From NCBI GenBank assembly GCA_964106645.2, contig OZ067043.1: a stretch of 64,000 nt of DNA; one strand, 5' to 3'. The notes below the pieces were generated by a model. The model ran no database searches and was not told where the DNA came from. It saw nothing but the letters and a program-made list of their open reading frames with translations. The translations under genes were made by a program, and so were the position numbers. This document shows, piece after piece, positions 63,501 through 64,000 of the stretch. Source of the stretch: Podarcis pityusensis (taxonomy: Eukaryota). The stretch's first letter is position 1. Each line of letters opens with the position of its first letter.

Positions 63501-64000
63501 TCCTCAGGTTGAAAAATGTTCCACACCCCTGCTATAATCTATTATTCTCTTGGTCCCTCTGCTGAATTTGCCAAGGAGCAAGGTAGCTGGCATATTGTCT
63601 GAAGAGTGCTCAGAGATGGTACCCATCTAACATGGTGCAGACTAAGACCAGTTACTTAGGAGCAAATGGATTCCACGTACGTGAAGTAAAACAGGTTATA
63701 TTTCTACAAGGCTCTGTCAAGAGGGAACTGCAAAGCTGATAAAGAGGAGGATGAGAAGCTGCTTAAAGGATGGATGTCCTATATCCCAATTGTGCTCCAC
63801 ACAATTCCAGGTCCCCTTTATTTCAATAATGATTTGAAGAGCAAGAGATCTCTCAAAAGCAGGAAAGACCACACAGAGCTATCCCAGGCCCCTCAACCTT
63901 CTTACCAATTCCTGAGGACGAAGGCTGATGAGAATCCTCTCAGCATTCTCACTGTCATGCCTGCTCTCCATCAGGGCCAGCAAAAGCTTGGAGGCATTGT
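48489..64000 (-). CDS. ITPR3: Inositol 1,4,5-trisphosphate receptor type 3, 3' part (last 15 exons, about 677 aa); gene continues beyond the window
   Basis: Six-TM channel region, GGGVGD filter, TTCFICG...EHIKFEH Zn site. The C-terminus [22 protein letters not shown] is of type-3 form. Confidence 0.97.
49326..49487 (-). CDS. ITPR3: ITPR3 penultimate exon ([15 protein letters not shown]...LNELKEQ)
   Basis: 162 nt, phase 0/0. Confidence 0.96.
49974..50134 (-). CDS. ITPR3: ITPR3 exon ([10 protein letters not shown]...EHNMWNY...[12 protein letters not shown])
   Basis: 161 nt; conserved linker domain. Confidence 0.96.
50987..51152 (-). CDS. ITPR3: ITPR3 exon, TM6 ([11 protein letters not shown]...[12 protein letters not shown]...TTCFIC)
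   Basis: 166 nt; gate helix. Confidence 0.97.
51689..51813 (-). CDS. ITPR3: ITPR3 pore exon ([35 protein letters not shown])
   Basis: GGGVGD selectivity filter; donor GTGAGT; tandem CAGAAG acceptor. Confidence 0.96.
52136..52240 (-). CDS. ITPR3: ITPR3 luminal-loop exon ([35 protein letters not shown])
   Basis: 105 nt, phase 1/1; PLGM and TCSxDKMxC resemble the type-3 loop; not in the ORF track. Confidence 0.9.
54186..54378 (-). CDS. ITPR3: ITPR3 exon, TM5 ([25 protein letters not shown]...)
   Basis: 193 nt; highly conserved ITPR peptide. Confidence 0.96.
54797..54961 (-). CDS. ITPR3: ITPR3 exon ([18 protein letters not shown]...HELFYSIL)
   Basis: 165 nt, phase 0/0. Confidence 0.96.
55540..55712 (-). 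CDS. ITPR3: ITPR3 exon (LLDSPLI...[15 protein letters not shown]...LGALN)
   Basis: 173 nt; donor GTAAGT. Confidence 0.95.
56467..56600. mobile_element. hAT/Charlie-like MITE
   Basis: TIRs CAGAGGTTTTCAA / TTGAAAACCACTG; TSD ATCTACCT / ATCTACAT (7 of 8 match). Confidence 0.8.
56959..57084 (-). CDS. ITPR3: ITPR3 exon, TM1 ([35 protein letters not shown])
   Basis: 126 nt, phase 1/1. Confidence 0.95.
57540..58400 (+). mobile_element. Decayed L2/CR1-clade LINE fragments; similar pieces near 22640-22960, 29370-29460, 52700-53550, 55200-55450
   Basis: Endonuclease-like remnants ([13 protein letters not shown]) and L2-like 3' ends; many disablements. Confidence 0.5.
58485..58677 (-). CDS. ITPR3: ITPR3 exon ([16 protein letters not shown]...EMEWQKKLR)
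   Basis: 193 nt; AG/GTAAG boundaries. Confidence 0.96.
59678..59788 (-). CDS. ITPR3: ITPR3 exon ([13 protein letters not shown]...[14 protein letters not shown])
   Basis: 111 nt, phase 0/0. Confidence 0.94.
60440..60817 (+). mobile_element. Sauria-type SINE, near full length
   Basis: tRNA-like head GGTGGCCCTGTGGTCTAAACCAC...GGTTTGAATCCC; body CTGCCAACCTAGCAGTTTGAAAGC, ATGCTGGCCACATGACC; tacctt tail. Confidence 0.88.
61720..61806 (-). CDS. ITPR3: ITPR3 exon ([29 protein letters not shown])
   Basis: 87 nt, phase 0/0; AG/GT boundaries. Confidence 0.94.
62606..62707 (-). CDS. ITPR3: ITPR3 exon (VDVIKKAY...[14 protein letters not shown])
   Basis: 102 nt, phase 0/0; donor CAG|GTATCCTTT. Confidence 0.95.
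63906..64000 (-). CDS. ITPR3: ITPR3 exon cut by the window edge ([31 protein letters not shown])
   Basis: ITPR-conserved peptide; donor TTG|GTAAG. Confidence 0.95.

Noticed and set aside
1-64000. CRISPR arrays, operons, rRNA or other prokaryotic-type systems
   Set aside because: The sequence is intron-rich vertebrate DNA with no repeat-spacer array or rRNA similarity.

Overview
This is vertebrate genomic DNA, most likely from a squamate and probably a lacertid lizard, judging from the Sauria-type SINE, tRNA-Lys/CR1-tail SINE, Penelope and MITE content. It holds the conserved block IP6K3(+), UQCC2(+), ITPR3(-). IP6K3: 5 coding exons, 17971-33663, 410 aa, with one U12-type intron. UQCC2: 4 exons, 37610-46102, 125 aa, CpG-island promoter. 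ITPR3: the last 15 exons (channel domain and C-terminus), 48489 to beyond the window end. All exon phases were checked by hand and join into open frames. The rest is intron/intergenic DNA rich in Tc1/mariner and hAT MITEs, SINEs and LINE fragments. Most notable: (1) a perfect 214-bp spacerless Penelope palindrome with a minimal hammerhead motif on each strand; (2) a 52-codon open frame in the IP6K3 leader, a candidate uORF peptide; (3) a perfect U12-type donor in ITPR3 paired with a U2-like 3' end; (4) an apparent ancient tandem exon duplication in ITPR3; (5) a young L1 3' end with a 20-bp TSD nested in a MITE; (6) candidate recursive and poison splice sites. No clearly new multi-gene system is evident, and most ORF-track ORFs are spurious.
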